The translations under genes were made by a program, and so were the position numbers. From Cyanophora paradoxa CCMP329 (taxonomy: Eukaryota > Plantae > Glaucophyta), in the NCBI GenBank assembly GCA_004431415.1, contig QPMI01000111.1:1-64000 (forward strand): a stretch of 64,000 nucleotides of DNA, given 5' to 3'. Shown here piece by piece: positions 12,273-22,860 of this stretch; within the stretch, counting starts at the first letter, position 1; every line of letters begins with the position of its first letter. Under the pieces are notes generated by a model. That model was given only the letters and a program-made list of their open reading frames with translations, did no database searches and was not told the DNA's origin.

Positions 12273-14293
12273 TGCATCGGGGCGGGATTGCCGAGGAGGG
12301 TGGCGTTAGATCCCGTCCCGCCTTGGCCGCCGCCTCCACCGCCGCTCTGGTAGCCGCCCCTGCCACCGCCGCGATGGCCACCACGGTGCCCGCCGCCTCC
12401 TGCGCCGCCAGCACCACCATCGGGCCACGCTTCGGAGACGGACCGTGTGGGGGACCGCCGTCGTGCTGGCGCTTGCCACTGGGGCAGCGGTTCTGCGTGT
12501 GACCCTCCCTCCGCAGTTGTAGCAGCGCACCGGCTTCGTGCACGCCGACGCGTGGTGGCCGTGCTCGCCGCAGTTCCTGCAAGGGGCGGTTTGTAGCTGC
12601 GCCGGAGCGACGGGTACAGAGTTCGACGGCGGGGGACCGCGTTGTAGGACGGTGCCTGCGGGCCGCCAGGGATGAGGCCGCAGAGGCGGGCCGCAGCCAG
12701 GACCTTGGGGTCTTGGCAGCCTTGGTTGACGAATTTGAGTAGTTCCGACGGTACGGGTGAGAGCAACACTCGTGGTAGTCGTCAGAGTAGTGATGGATGT
12801 CCGCGGCTCCCAACGACCGACAACGTGTGCAAATGTGATCGTTGGTGCCGGGCCTCACCCTCGGGCGCGCGTCGCGCGGGTAGCCCTGGCTCGTACGGAT
12901 CGCCGTGACCGTCTGCGTACGGGCGTAATCGTAGGGGCGGCCGATGGGCGGGCGATTGCCGTAGTCCTTCCCGGGCACCGGTGCGTGCCAGTCGCAGCAG
13001 CCGGGGACGGGCTTGTGGCCCGGCGCCGGCTGCTGGGGCGCGGGGAGGGCGGATTGGTAGATCGGATTGGTTGTCGGCGGGGTCGACGGCGTCGTGTGGA
13101 CGAGATTGACCGAAGAGCCGAGTAACTGCGAGTGCGGGGCCGAGGGCGCAGGGGACGACGAAGGCGGTGGGGTGTACGGAGTGCCGCTGTACGGCGCCGT
13201 GTACCCGTCGTCGCCATCGTTGTCGTAATCGTACCCGTCGACGTTCGCCGCGTTGATGCTGGCGCCCTTCTTCGAATTCCCAGTAGGAATCGAGGGCTCC
13301 CCAGCAGTCGTCGTCACAATCAGAAAGCCCGCCTCCCGAATGAGCGACTGCGCACGAGTGCAGAAGAGGTTAAACCAGGTCTCCTTGTCCTTGGAGTCAT
13401 CCCATCGGTCGGCGACAGGTCCTGCGCCATCGTCTTCAGCTTCGGCAGTAGATTCAGCGCCAGGTCGTAATTGGCCTTGCGCTGCTGCTCGTACGGAGGC
13501 CGGAGTACAGGCCGTGGTGTAGCGTCTTGCGCTCCGTGATCTGCTGCTCGAGCGTGTCATAGACGTCCAGCGCCTGCACAGTGTGGCCCGTCTTGTCACG
13601 CGGCAGGTCAGTGAACGCGATGAGGTCACAGATGTTGGCGAAAATACGGTCCAGTTGAGTGCCATCGTACGCCGCGATGAGCTCCTCCTTGAGACGCTTG
13701 CGCTCAGCGGGGTCAATCATGCGAACGAGGCTCTTAATGTACGAAGGGACGCCGCGAATAATGTCCGAGGGCATCTCAGCCCGGAGTTTGTCGACGACGG
13801 CCTGTCGCGTCTGGACGGCCTTCTGCGCCGCCTCCTTGGCCGCCTCCTCCGTAGCCGTCGCGAGTGTCGCCTTCGCCTTCGTGAGCTCGCTCTCTGCGTC
13901 GACGAGGTTTTCGACGAGAGACCGGTGCAACTCGACCGTCGAACGGTAGACTTCCGTTAGTCCCGCCGGCAGCGAACGGACACCGAAATCGACGGCGTGG
14001 TACGCCGCCTGCGAACCGTCGTCCAGCAGGGAGTACTTCTTGTCTCCGCGAGTAGCCGAACGGATGGCGTTGTGATGTTGGAAGACGCCGTTGGGCGAGA
14101 CGGGAATCCCGGTGGTGTGGCCCATCTTGCCGTCCTCCATCTTGATCGCCTGCGGCGGCTCCGCGCCCATGACCCGCCGGCGCGCGATCTCCTCGGCGTG
14201 CGCCGCTGCGACTCGGGCCGTGCGGTTGAGCATTGTCAGTTGGCCGGGGGAAGGTCGGGCCATCTCGCCGGAAGTCATGCCTTCGCGCTCCAT
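12143..14293 (-). CDS. Gag-like protein with coiled coil, CCHC zinc knuckle and RGG-rich tail (frameshifted)
   Basis: ORFs 13454-14389, 12214-13716 and 12143-12769 join into a helical domain, a CTRC...H...C motif, a C-X2-C-X4-H-X4-C knuckle and GGHRGGHRGGGRGGY. Confidence 0.65.
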
Positions 14294-14686
14294 CACGCGG
14301 TCGTTCGACGTAGACGTTGCCGTCGGGCCGCGACCGCAGTACGGTACGCGAGCTGGCCCGTGACCGTCGTTCGAGTCGGACCGCCGCAACCGATCCCCGA
14401 TGCGCGCGCGGCACGAACGATGAGCCAGGGAGCTAGCCGATGCCGCGGTACGGCGGGCTGCTCCCCAACTGCGCGAGTGAGCGGCGGAGGCGCGTCCGAA
14501 GCTTCGAGAAGGGAAGCGTCGGCGGCGAGGCGGGTCAGCGGAGTGCGTCCGCCAGTAGCGGTGCTCTCCGAAAGCGTCAAGCGTTCGCCTCCTCGTAGTC
14601 CAGCGGGTTCACGCTCGCGGCCAACGGACGTGCGCAGCAAGTCCGTCAGCTGGCGTGCGCTTGTCCGGCGAGGATGTTTTAGGAGG

Positions 14687-14693
14687 TTTTATA
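14687..14693 (-). promoter_or_regulatory. Candidate TATA box in the presumptive 5' LTR
   Basis: TATAAAA on the minus strand about 400 bp upstream of the gag ATG, in the lower-GC terminal segment. Confidence 0.3.
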
Positions 14694-15841
14694 CGTCCCA
14701 GTAGACCTTAGCAACCTTCCCGTAGCGTACCAGCAGCAGGCGAGCAGGCTGTCACGTTGCAAGAGAAAGCTGCTAATCACAGACTACTGTGTACCCTAGG
14801 ACACGGCTACCGGAAAGTATCAAGCTAGAGTCAGAAAAAGTAGCTAGGGTCGCATCTTCGTACAGGGGTACAGTGACTCAGGAAATCGCGAGAAGCCGCG
14901 GGTCAAGTCACGGTACTACTGCGAACGAAGTGCAAACGAAGCACTAACGGCTAGGAAACCCTATCGGCAACAGATCATCGGATCATGATCATGAAGGCCG
15001 CCGGGCCCTGATCATGAGCTCCTGAGATTGCCACTGCCAGCCTGGCCGGGCACAGTGCACGTGGCCGGCGGCTGCCGCAGTGCGGCAGCCGCTGATCATG
15101 AGCTGCAGTGCACTGCGGCAGGCTTGTCACTGTGCCGCCCACTTTCCGACTCCCAGCTAGCCCTGGTCGTCGGTTCTAAGCCGGCAGCTTGCCTTGCCTT
15201 GTACCCTTTGTAGCCTGCTATTCCTGGTGCCACGTTGTTGCCAACTGGCCCGCTTATTTTAGCCCTGGGCCCTCGCTTGCCCCGCGCGGCGCTCGCTTGC
15301 TGTCCTTGCCAGATCTGTTCTTGTTCTCTCTGTCTTACTATCTGTCTTACGCTGGCTCTGCGCCTGCTGTGTACGTAATGGCACCCGCTTGCCGCCGCCC
15401 TACGGTGCCGTACGGGCCTGTACATGTCCCTCTCCGCTTGGGGCGCCTCTGGGCCTAGCCAACTGCTTAGCGCATCCCGCTCAGCGCATCACACTGTGAC
15501 AGTGTCGCAGTCCATCACTGATCATGAGTCATCTAAACTGCAGGCTGATCATGAGATCCGATATCGATGATCTGCCCCGTCCGGTGCGGCCCCCTCACTT
15601 CAAGGCTTCGAAGCTCCTCCGCTCCCCGGGGCCCCCTGGCCGCGGGGCTCAGCCGTGAGCAATTGCAATCTCCGGGAGTTCGAATTCGTGCAAAGATCAA
15701 TTGACAGCTGCAGGGCTGAATAACACGGTTGAGAACGTATGAGGCGAGAACCTATTGAATGCGATGATTTGCGAAGAAAGCAAGGCGGGGAAACGCAGGA
15801 GCGGGGGTGATGGGAGTGTGCGGGGCCGGGGGCGCCATCGA

Positions 15842-18773
15842 CTAGGTGTCGGCGGCGTGGTGGAGGGCGAGGGCGGTGAGGTGCTCGAGCTGCTGGTACT
15901 CGAGCATGTTCTCCTGCAGCTCCTGCATCACCTGCAGGTACTCGAGCAGCACGGCCCGGGGCCAGACCGTCTCCCCGGTCCTCGACGCCAGGGCCGGCAG
16001 GGTGCGGGAGAGGACCTGCTCCCACATCGTCGCGTCCTCCTGCATCTGCGCTCTCCCGGGTTACGCGGCCGGGGCGCCGGCGCGGGGCGGGCGGGGCCGG
16101 GGGGGCGGGCCTTGGATGCGTTGGCGTGGGCGAGCATGCCGGCGAGGTCGCCGCGGCGCCGCAGCGACGCCTCCGCCAGCGCCGCCACCCGCGCCTCCCC
16201 GGACTCCTCCCGCCCCTCCTCCTCCCCGGCCCCCGGGGCGGGGGCGGGGGCGGGGGCGGGGGCGTCGCCGGGGGCGCGCGGGGAGAGGCGGGTGAGGGCC
16301 TCGGAGGCCTTCTCGCGGAGCTCCTCGAGGCGCGCCAGGTTCGTCCGCTCCGCCCGCGCCGTCGGTGTCTCCTCGGGGTGCGAGTCGGCCCGCGCGAGGT
16401 CGAACTTGACCCCCCGGCCCCGCTCCTTCTCCTCCTTCTCCCGCTTCGCCTTGATCGCCTCCAGGCGGGCGGCGCGCTCCCAGACCGTCCCCGCCCCCGC
16501 CTCCTCCTCGGCGCGCTCCTCGGCCGCCTCGGCCTCGGCGTCCTCCATGGCCGCCTCGGCGATGGCGAGGGCGGCGCTCGAGAGGCCCCCGCCCCCCGGC
16601 GCCCGCTGCGGGCCCGGCCCCCGCTGCGCGAGCTCCTTGAGGAGCTTGCGCCGCATCTTCTCGTCCCGCGCCCGCCGCCGCTCCGCCGCCTCCTCCTGCG
16701 CCAGCTCCGCGCTGATCGACCGGAACTTCTTGACTGCGCCCCCCGCCTCGCCCCCGCGGATCCGCGGGGCGGGCGGGGGGCGGCGGGGCGGACCCATGAC
16801 ACCGATGAAGATGTTGCGGAAGATGAAGGCGCCGATCCAGACCCACGTGAGGAAGAAGATGATCGTCACCGCTGCGCCCGCCCCGTCGGGCCCCGTGCGG
16901 GGGCCACCCGGGCACCCGCGCACGCTTCAGAGTGTACTCCGCGATCTCCGTGCAGATGCTGCCGGCCTCTCAGCGGGGGAGGGGTTGCGGGGCGGGGCGC
17001 GGGGGCGGGGCGGGGGCGCGGGGGCGGGGCGGGGGCGCGGACCTGTACCACTGGTCGAGGGTGAGGAGCTGGAAGAGGGTGAGGAAGGAGCCGCCCAGGG
17101 TGGAGAATTTGTGCTGGAAGGCGAGCCCGGGGAGCGGCGAGACGTTGTAGGACTCGAAGAGGGAGACGGAGAAGACGCCGTAGATGTAGAAGAGGATGAC
17201 GAGGAGGAGGAGGACGTAGCCGAAGTCGGCGAAGGCCTCGATGATCGTGCGCACGATGATGCGCAGGCTCCGGAAGCGGGCCACCTGCCCCCGCCTCAGC
17301 CGGCGGCGGGGCGGGGCGGGACGGGACGGGGCGGGACGGGGCGGGGCGGGCCATCTTGAGGGAGCGGAAGACGCGGAAGACGCGGAGCTGGCGGGCGACC
17401 TTGAAGTTGCCGTTCGCCGAGCCCCCGCCCGAGCCCGCCGTCAGCAGCTCCGGAATCAGGCTCTGCCCCCCGCCAGCCCCCTCGCCCCCGCCCCCCGCGG
17501 CGGGGTGGGGCGGGGCGGGGCGGGGCGGGCCATCATGGTGACGAGGAAGTCGAAGATATTCCACGGGTCCCGCCAGTAGCTGCCGGCGCCTGCGTGAGGC
17601 GCGCGGGGCGGGCGGGGCGGGGCGGGGCGGGGGCGGGGACCCCGGGAAGTCGTCGATCCACTTGAGGAGGATCTCGAGGAGGAAGATGGCGAGGATGAAG
17701 TAGTCGAGGATGCGGAGCGCCTGCAGGCCCGCGTGGTGCACCTCCGGCTGCAGGTCCGCCTGGAGGCCCAGCACCACCGCGTTGAGCATGATGAGCAGCA
17801 CGACCGCGTTGTTGAAGAGCGCCGAGTTGACGACCCACGCCGCCCACACGGGCACCGGCAGCGTGTTGATCGAGCGCACCCGCAGCAGGCGCTTGTCGAG
17901 GCTCGCCTTCATCTGCCGCTTCTCCTCGTCGATCGTCCGCTTCAGCGGCTTGAACTTCACTAGCTGCAGCGGCGTCTCCCGCAGCACGGAGCGCAGGACC
18001 TGCCGGTCCGCCGGCGCGCCCCCGCCCCGCGCGCTGCGGATGATCTCCCGCGAGTTGTACCGCGGCGCCAGCTTCGTGTCCTGCCCCGCCCCGTCGCGCC
18101 CCGCGGCGCCCGGGCCCGGCGGGGAGGCGGGGGGCGCGGCGCACGTCGTAGGCGTCCTGCTGCAGCGTGCGGAACTCGTGGATGAGCTGCGGGGGGGTCA
18201 GCGCGGGTCGAGCAGGAGACGGGCGGGGCGGGGCGGGGCGGGACGGGGCGGGACGGGCCTGCTTGCGGAAGTACTGGGTGCGGCGGGCGAGGTCGACGGT
18301 GTGGAGGGCCCCGCGCTGGAACTGCCACTCCCACGTCTCGTCGTCCAGCACCACGTGCGCCTTGCTGTGCGCCGCCGCCGGCGAGAGCGGCCCCGGCACC
18401 GCCACCACCGGCCGGCTGTGCTGCGAGTGCGCCGGCGACGGCGACGGCTTCGCCTCCTTCGCCGGCGCAGGCTCCGCGTCCATCCTCTCCGCCTCCGTCG
18501 CGTCGGGCGCCGCGGAGCTGAGCCAGGTCGCCACCTGAGCAGACGAGAGTGAGCTCTGGTCCCAGCTGCCGAAGCCCGCGCGGACGTCCCGGACGGCTCG
18601 CGGGGCGGCTCGCGGGGCGCCGGCAGACGGGGCGGAGCAGCGTCGATTACCATCTGATCTTTCCGAGACGGCAGACGTGGCCGGGCTGATCTCTGAGACC
18701 TCTCTCGCCCTGTGGACTGAGGACTGGTTGCCTCCCCAGCGGGCTCCATCTGCGGAGCCTGGGCTGACTCCAT
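15842..18773 (-). CDS. CATSPER2: CatSper2-like 6-TM Ca2+ channel alpha subunit (about 11 exons)
   Basis: Spliced translation gives S1-S6 with S4 RQLRVFRVFRSLK and pore LLTLDQWY. It also has CatSper2-type flanks: N-terminal APRYNSREII...LVKF and C-terminal WEQVLSRTLPAL...VWPRAVLLEYLQVMQELQENM. The start codon is inferred. Confidence 0.9.
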
Positions 18774-18912
18774 GTTTCGGTGCGAAGCCAAGGACTCCGG
18801 CTGAGGTGCTGCGCCTCTTCTATATAGCTAATGCAGGCGAGCTGGAGATAGCTTGCAGGCTACGCCATCGCGCTTAGAAGAGCGCAGATGCTGGCGCACA
18901 TTTAGACAGGGA

Positions 18913-18986
18913 CCGTGCGTCAACCGTGCGTAAAGCCGTGCGTCAAGCTAGACCGCTGTTCTTGTCACAGCAAGCCGTGCTCAAGC
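18913..18986. promoter_or_regulatory. Repeated CCGTGCGTCAA-like motif (4 copies) in the CATSPER2/CTSC divergent promoter
   Basis: ccgtgcgtcaa-ccgtgcgtaaa-g-ccgtgcgtcaag at 18913-18947 and ccgtgctcaag near 18975. TATATA at 18821. Function inferred only from position. Confidence 0.4.
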
Positions 18987-19041
18987 TGGGCGAAGTGGAA
19001 TGGGGGGAATGAAGCGGTTGGGGGTAGTAGACGTCAGTGAG

Positions 19042-21363
19042 ATGAAGCGGGGCTCGGGCGCTGGCGCGACCGGCGCGCTCGGCGTCGTTGCGCTTTTGAT
19101 GTGCATCACGCCTCCTGCTCGCGCTGACATTCCGGTGCGGGTCGCAACAGCGTTCTCAAGCGCTTCAGAGCGCTCGATCCACGCGTCGATCTAGGAGTGT
19201 TTATTTGTTCTACGCGCGCCTGGCGCTCGCGATTATTCCCTTGCTCCTCAACATCTGCCCGGCTCTGATGGGGTTCAGGTGCATTGCGTCGTCGACGACA
19301 TCGCGCCCACGGGCGTCGTCGAGTACGTGCTGGAGTTGATGCCGATTGCGCCGCCGGGCGCTGCGCAAGCGGCTCAGTGCATCGGCCCGCGTGTGTGGAC
19401 CTCCGCATCGCGGGGCGAGACATCAACCTGGGTGGTGCATCGTTTTCATCGCTTTCGCGGCTTTGTCGTGACCTGAGAAGTCCTGCGCAAGCTCCGGCTG
19501 GCGGCGCCCAATACGGCGGTCGTGGCGGTCGGGGCGCCGGAGGGCGTTCTCGTCGGAACGTGGACCATGACGTACGACGAGGGCCTCGAGGCGACTTTCG
19601 AGGACCGCAAGATCTTCTTCTTCTTCAACTACTTGGGCCCGCCGGGAAAGCACGGCCGCCTCCGCAGCGACTGCAAGAGCTCCGTGCGTACACGCAGACC
19701 CCCTGCGCGTGCATCCGCGATCTGACGCGCGTTGTGCGCAGAGCGCGGGGTGGGCCCACAGCACCTCCGACCACCGCACCTGGCACTGCGTCCGCGCGAC
19801 CCAGCGCGGCGCCGCTCCTCAGGCCGCCCCATCCGCGCTCGAGAGCCTCTGGAGAGGTGCGCGCGTGCCCGGCTTCCACTGGCGGCCCGCGCACGCGCTG
19901 CGACCCACAGGCTTGCGCAGGCTCCGGCCTGCGGGCGTGGATCGAGCGCTGGGGCGGGGGCTTCCCGACGATTCCCTGGAGCCGCGCGGCGGGGGCGGAG
20001 GCGGAGGCGGGGCGCAGGCCGGCGGGGGCGCTGACGGAGCCGCTGGTACGGGAGCTGGCGGCGCTCGCTTCGGCGGGGCACAGCGCATGGGAGAGCGCGC
20101 CGTACGCCCACCTCGTGGGGCGCACCCCCGGGGAGCTCCGCCGGCGCGCCGGCGCCAGGCCCTTCGTCCGGCCCCTGCGCCTCCCCGGCACCCCCGTGCG
20201 CCCCATGCGCCCCCGGCGCGCCCAGGCGCCTGCGGGCGAGGTGACGGGGTCGCGCGCAGGGCGAGGAGGCGCGGCGGCAGGAGACGGAGCTCATCCGCCG
20301 CAGCCTCCCGCCCTCGTTCGACTGCGCGCGCCGCCCCGCCACCCTCGGGGCTGCTTGCGAGGGGGCTGCAGGGCGGGAGCGGGGCGGAGTGAACTACGAC
20401 AGCGAGCCCGTGCGGGACCAGCTCTTCTGCGGCTCCTGCTACGCATTCGCTGCAACCTCTGCCCTTAACGCGCGCCGCCACATCGCCGCCGGGGGCCCGC
20501 ACCCCCTCCACCCCCCCACCGGCCTGCCGCGCCGACGCCGGCGCAGGGTACCACCGGCCGCCGCCGCTGAGCCCGCAGTCGGTCGTCTCGTGCAATCCGT
20601 ACTCCCAGGCGCGCCCCCCTGGCCGCCCCTGCAGCGGCGGGGGCCGAGGCGGGCGCAGGGCTGCGAGGGCGGCCTGCCCTACCTCGTGGGGGCCTTCGGC
20701 GAGGACTGGGGCATCGCGACCGCGCGCCCCGCCCCGCGCCGCCCGTCCCTCGCGCCCCCTTGAGCGGGGCGGCAGGAGGCGTGCGTGCCGTACGTGTCGC
20801 GGGGGACGGCGTGCCCGCGGGAGTGCGCGGGGGCGGGCCCGGGGCGGGAGCTCGTGGCGGGGCGGGGGAGCGGGTACCGCTACGTGGGCGGCTTCTACGG
20901 GAACTGCTCCGAGGGCGCCATGCTCCTCGAGCTCGTCCACAGCGGCCCCATCGTCGTCGGGTCCGCCCCGCCCGCCCCCGCCCGCCCCACCCCGCCCTGC
21001 CCAGGCCGCGGCGCCGGCAGGTTCGAGGTGAACCCGGACTTCTTCACGTACTCGCGGGGCATCTACGCGCGCCCGCCGGGGGCCGCCTCGGTGGCGGCGG
21101 CGGTGGGGTGGGAGGCGGTGAACCACGCGGTGGTCGTCGTGGGCTACGGGGAGGAGCGCGGCGTCCCCTTCTGGATCGTCCGCAACAGCTGGGGCCCCGC
21201 CTGGGGCGAAGGCCCGCCCCGCCCGCCCCGCCCGCCCCGCCCCGCGAGCTCGGGCGGCGCTGAGGGTGGCGCAGGGGGCTACTTCCGGATCCGGCGGGGC
21301 ACCGACGAGGCCGGCATCGAGTCCATTGCCGTCGCCCTCGACCCCGCCCCAGCCGCCCCGTAG
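19042..21363 (+). CDS. CTSC: Cathepsin C / dipeptidyl peptidase I (papain family), multi-exon
   Basis: Signal peptide then ADIP|VHC; exclusion domain [15 protein letters not shown]; catalytic [11 protein letters not shown]; [10 protein letters not shown]; WIVRNSWG; [16 protein letters not shown]. An alternative start at 19000 is possible. Confidence 0.92.
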
Positions 21364-21575
21364 GCAGGCCTCCAGAGCCGGCCCCTCCCCCTGCCCGCTA
21401 GCCCCGCACGCCCCGCTGGCCGCACTGCGCTCTCTCGTAAACTGTGATCTTGAGCGCATAAAACAGGACCGCGGGGAGGCGGCTGGGGAAGCTACGGAAT
21501 AGGGGACGATAACGTATCTCATCTCACTAGGCCCTACCTGACCATCTGCCTACTCTACGCCGCTACCGCCGCGCG

Positions 21576-22754
21576 TCAGCCGCCCGAGCCCATGTACCTG
21601 CCCGCCCCGTCAGTTCCGCGCCCACTCCGCCCCGCAATACCTCACGCACCGGCTGGGGTATAGGTTTTCTGCCTCCCACGGGTTGCGCCCGTACCTGCCG
21701 GTGGGGTCAGGGGAGGCGCGTTAGAGGCGCGGGCCGCGGCGCACTGCCAGTCGTTCTGTTGCGTGTCCCAGTACATGAGGGGGATAACAAGGCCCTTCGC
21801 CCTGCGGACGCCGCGCGGGTGAGGAAGGGCAGGGGGGAACGGGGCGGGCGGGGGCGGACCGGAGGCGGTCGCGGCCCTCGCGGGCGAGCTGGTAGTAGAG
21901 GGTCTCGTTTGAGATGGGCCGGAGCTGGGGGATGAGCCAGCACCACGAGGTCGCGTACTCCTGGATCAGCTTCCGCACGGCCGTCTGCTCGAACCCGTCG
22001 ACCACGTCCACGATCGACCGGTTCTGCGCCCCGCAGCTCGTTTCTTCTGCAAGAAGAGCAGAAGGAGTCGACGGGGCACGGGGCGCACCCACACGAACAC
22101 GAAGGTCGGGCCTTTCAATTGGAGGCCTTTCAAGTCCCTCAGCAGGGCCTTGTGTACCTACGAGCGGCGGTTCAGAGAGCTAGCGGCGGATTGCCAGCTA
22201 AAAAAGAACGGCGGGAGGCGGGCCTTTAGGAACTGAATTCCTTTGCGGAAGTCCTGTGCGGAAGGTTGCAATGAGATTCCCAGGCATCGCACGGCACGCG
22301 TCGGCGGTCCGCACTTTCGATAGTTCGTTATAGCATGCGCTGAAGAAAGCATCTGTGTCTCCCTCTTCCCGATCGCAAACCTTCACCACTGCAGAGAAGT
22401 TAGCGATGCCAATACGAGGTGGCGGGGAATGCACCTGAGAGTACGGGCCTCTTCACGAGATCCGAGAAGGTGTCCCCGTCAATCTGATTAGCAAAAGCGG
22501 CACCAGTCAGCTGCCAGGCCCCCGCAAACGTTGAGCCGTGGGCGGTTCGGTATCCGGCTAAAGTTGAGACCCCAGGATTTCCAGATAAATAGAGCTGGCA
22601 AAGGACATTCAATCGAAGCCTCGGGGCAGAGCTGGAGCGGATGGCCAAGAGTTCGGCGGAGTCAACCAGGGAGCACGCGAACCAAGAGCGTAAGTTTCAC
22701 TGTTGAGGGCGCTCCGGCCTTGCCGGAGCTCGACCCCGGCGTCGGCGTTGACAT
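21576..22754 (-). CDS. Thioredoxin-fold protein lacking CxxC (about 9 exons)
   Basis: Manual splicing gives ...VVKVCDREEGDTDAFF...KGIQFLK|VHKALL...GPTFVFVW|NRSIVDVVDGFEQTAVRKLIQEY, which matches the PTF...vvdvv.G pattern of the thioredoxin C-terminal half. Confidence 0.55.
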
Positions 22755-22860
22755 CGGAGCCGGCGAAAGCTTGATAGTAGTGTACCCCCCTCGTACCACG
22801 TTTGCAGCCCGACGGATAGCGCTAGCTAGGGTTCGCGGGGCGCAGAATTGCCGCCTGGAG

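Larger units (their letters stand above)
1..14972 (-). mobile_element. Ty3/Gypsy-like LTR retrotransposon, 5' portion (gag ... protease); RT/RH/IN expected beyond the window start
   Basis: Intron-free, compositionally distinct block with minus-strand coding frames. CCHC knuckle CYNCG/REGHTQNRC at 12484-12524. Retropepsin motif MVDTGAAADVL (DTG at 1347-1355) with downstream MLLGLTNAVALNAHI. Gypsy-type post-protease segment VQICNPHRRPVRLRAGTVIA. The outer boundary is only suggested by a TGTTG start at 14972 on the minus strand. Confidence 0.8.

Noticed and set aside
1-14400. Many frameshifts in the retroelement as programmed frameshifting or RNA editing
   Set aside because: They are too numerous, and similar single-base losses in G/C runs interrupt conserved host genes (about 25415 and 46155). 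Unpolished assembly indels or decay are more likely.
14315-14972. Exact 5' LTR and primer-binding site (TGTTGCCG...CGGCAACG, or an end at 14750; TGGTACG near 14732)
   Set aside because: No second LTR in the window for comparison, and no candidate gives both a CA end and an adjacent tRNA-like PBS.
15125-15498. Possible solo LTR or small insertion flanked by CACTGTG
   Set aside because: TG...CA ends and the direct repeat do not line up into a consistent TSD, and there is only one copy in the window.
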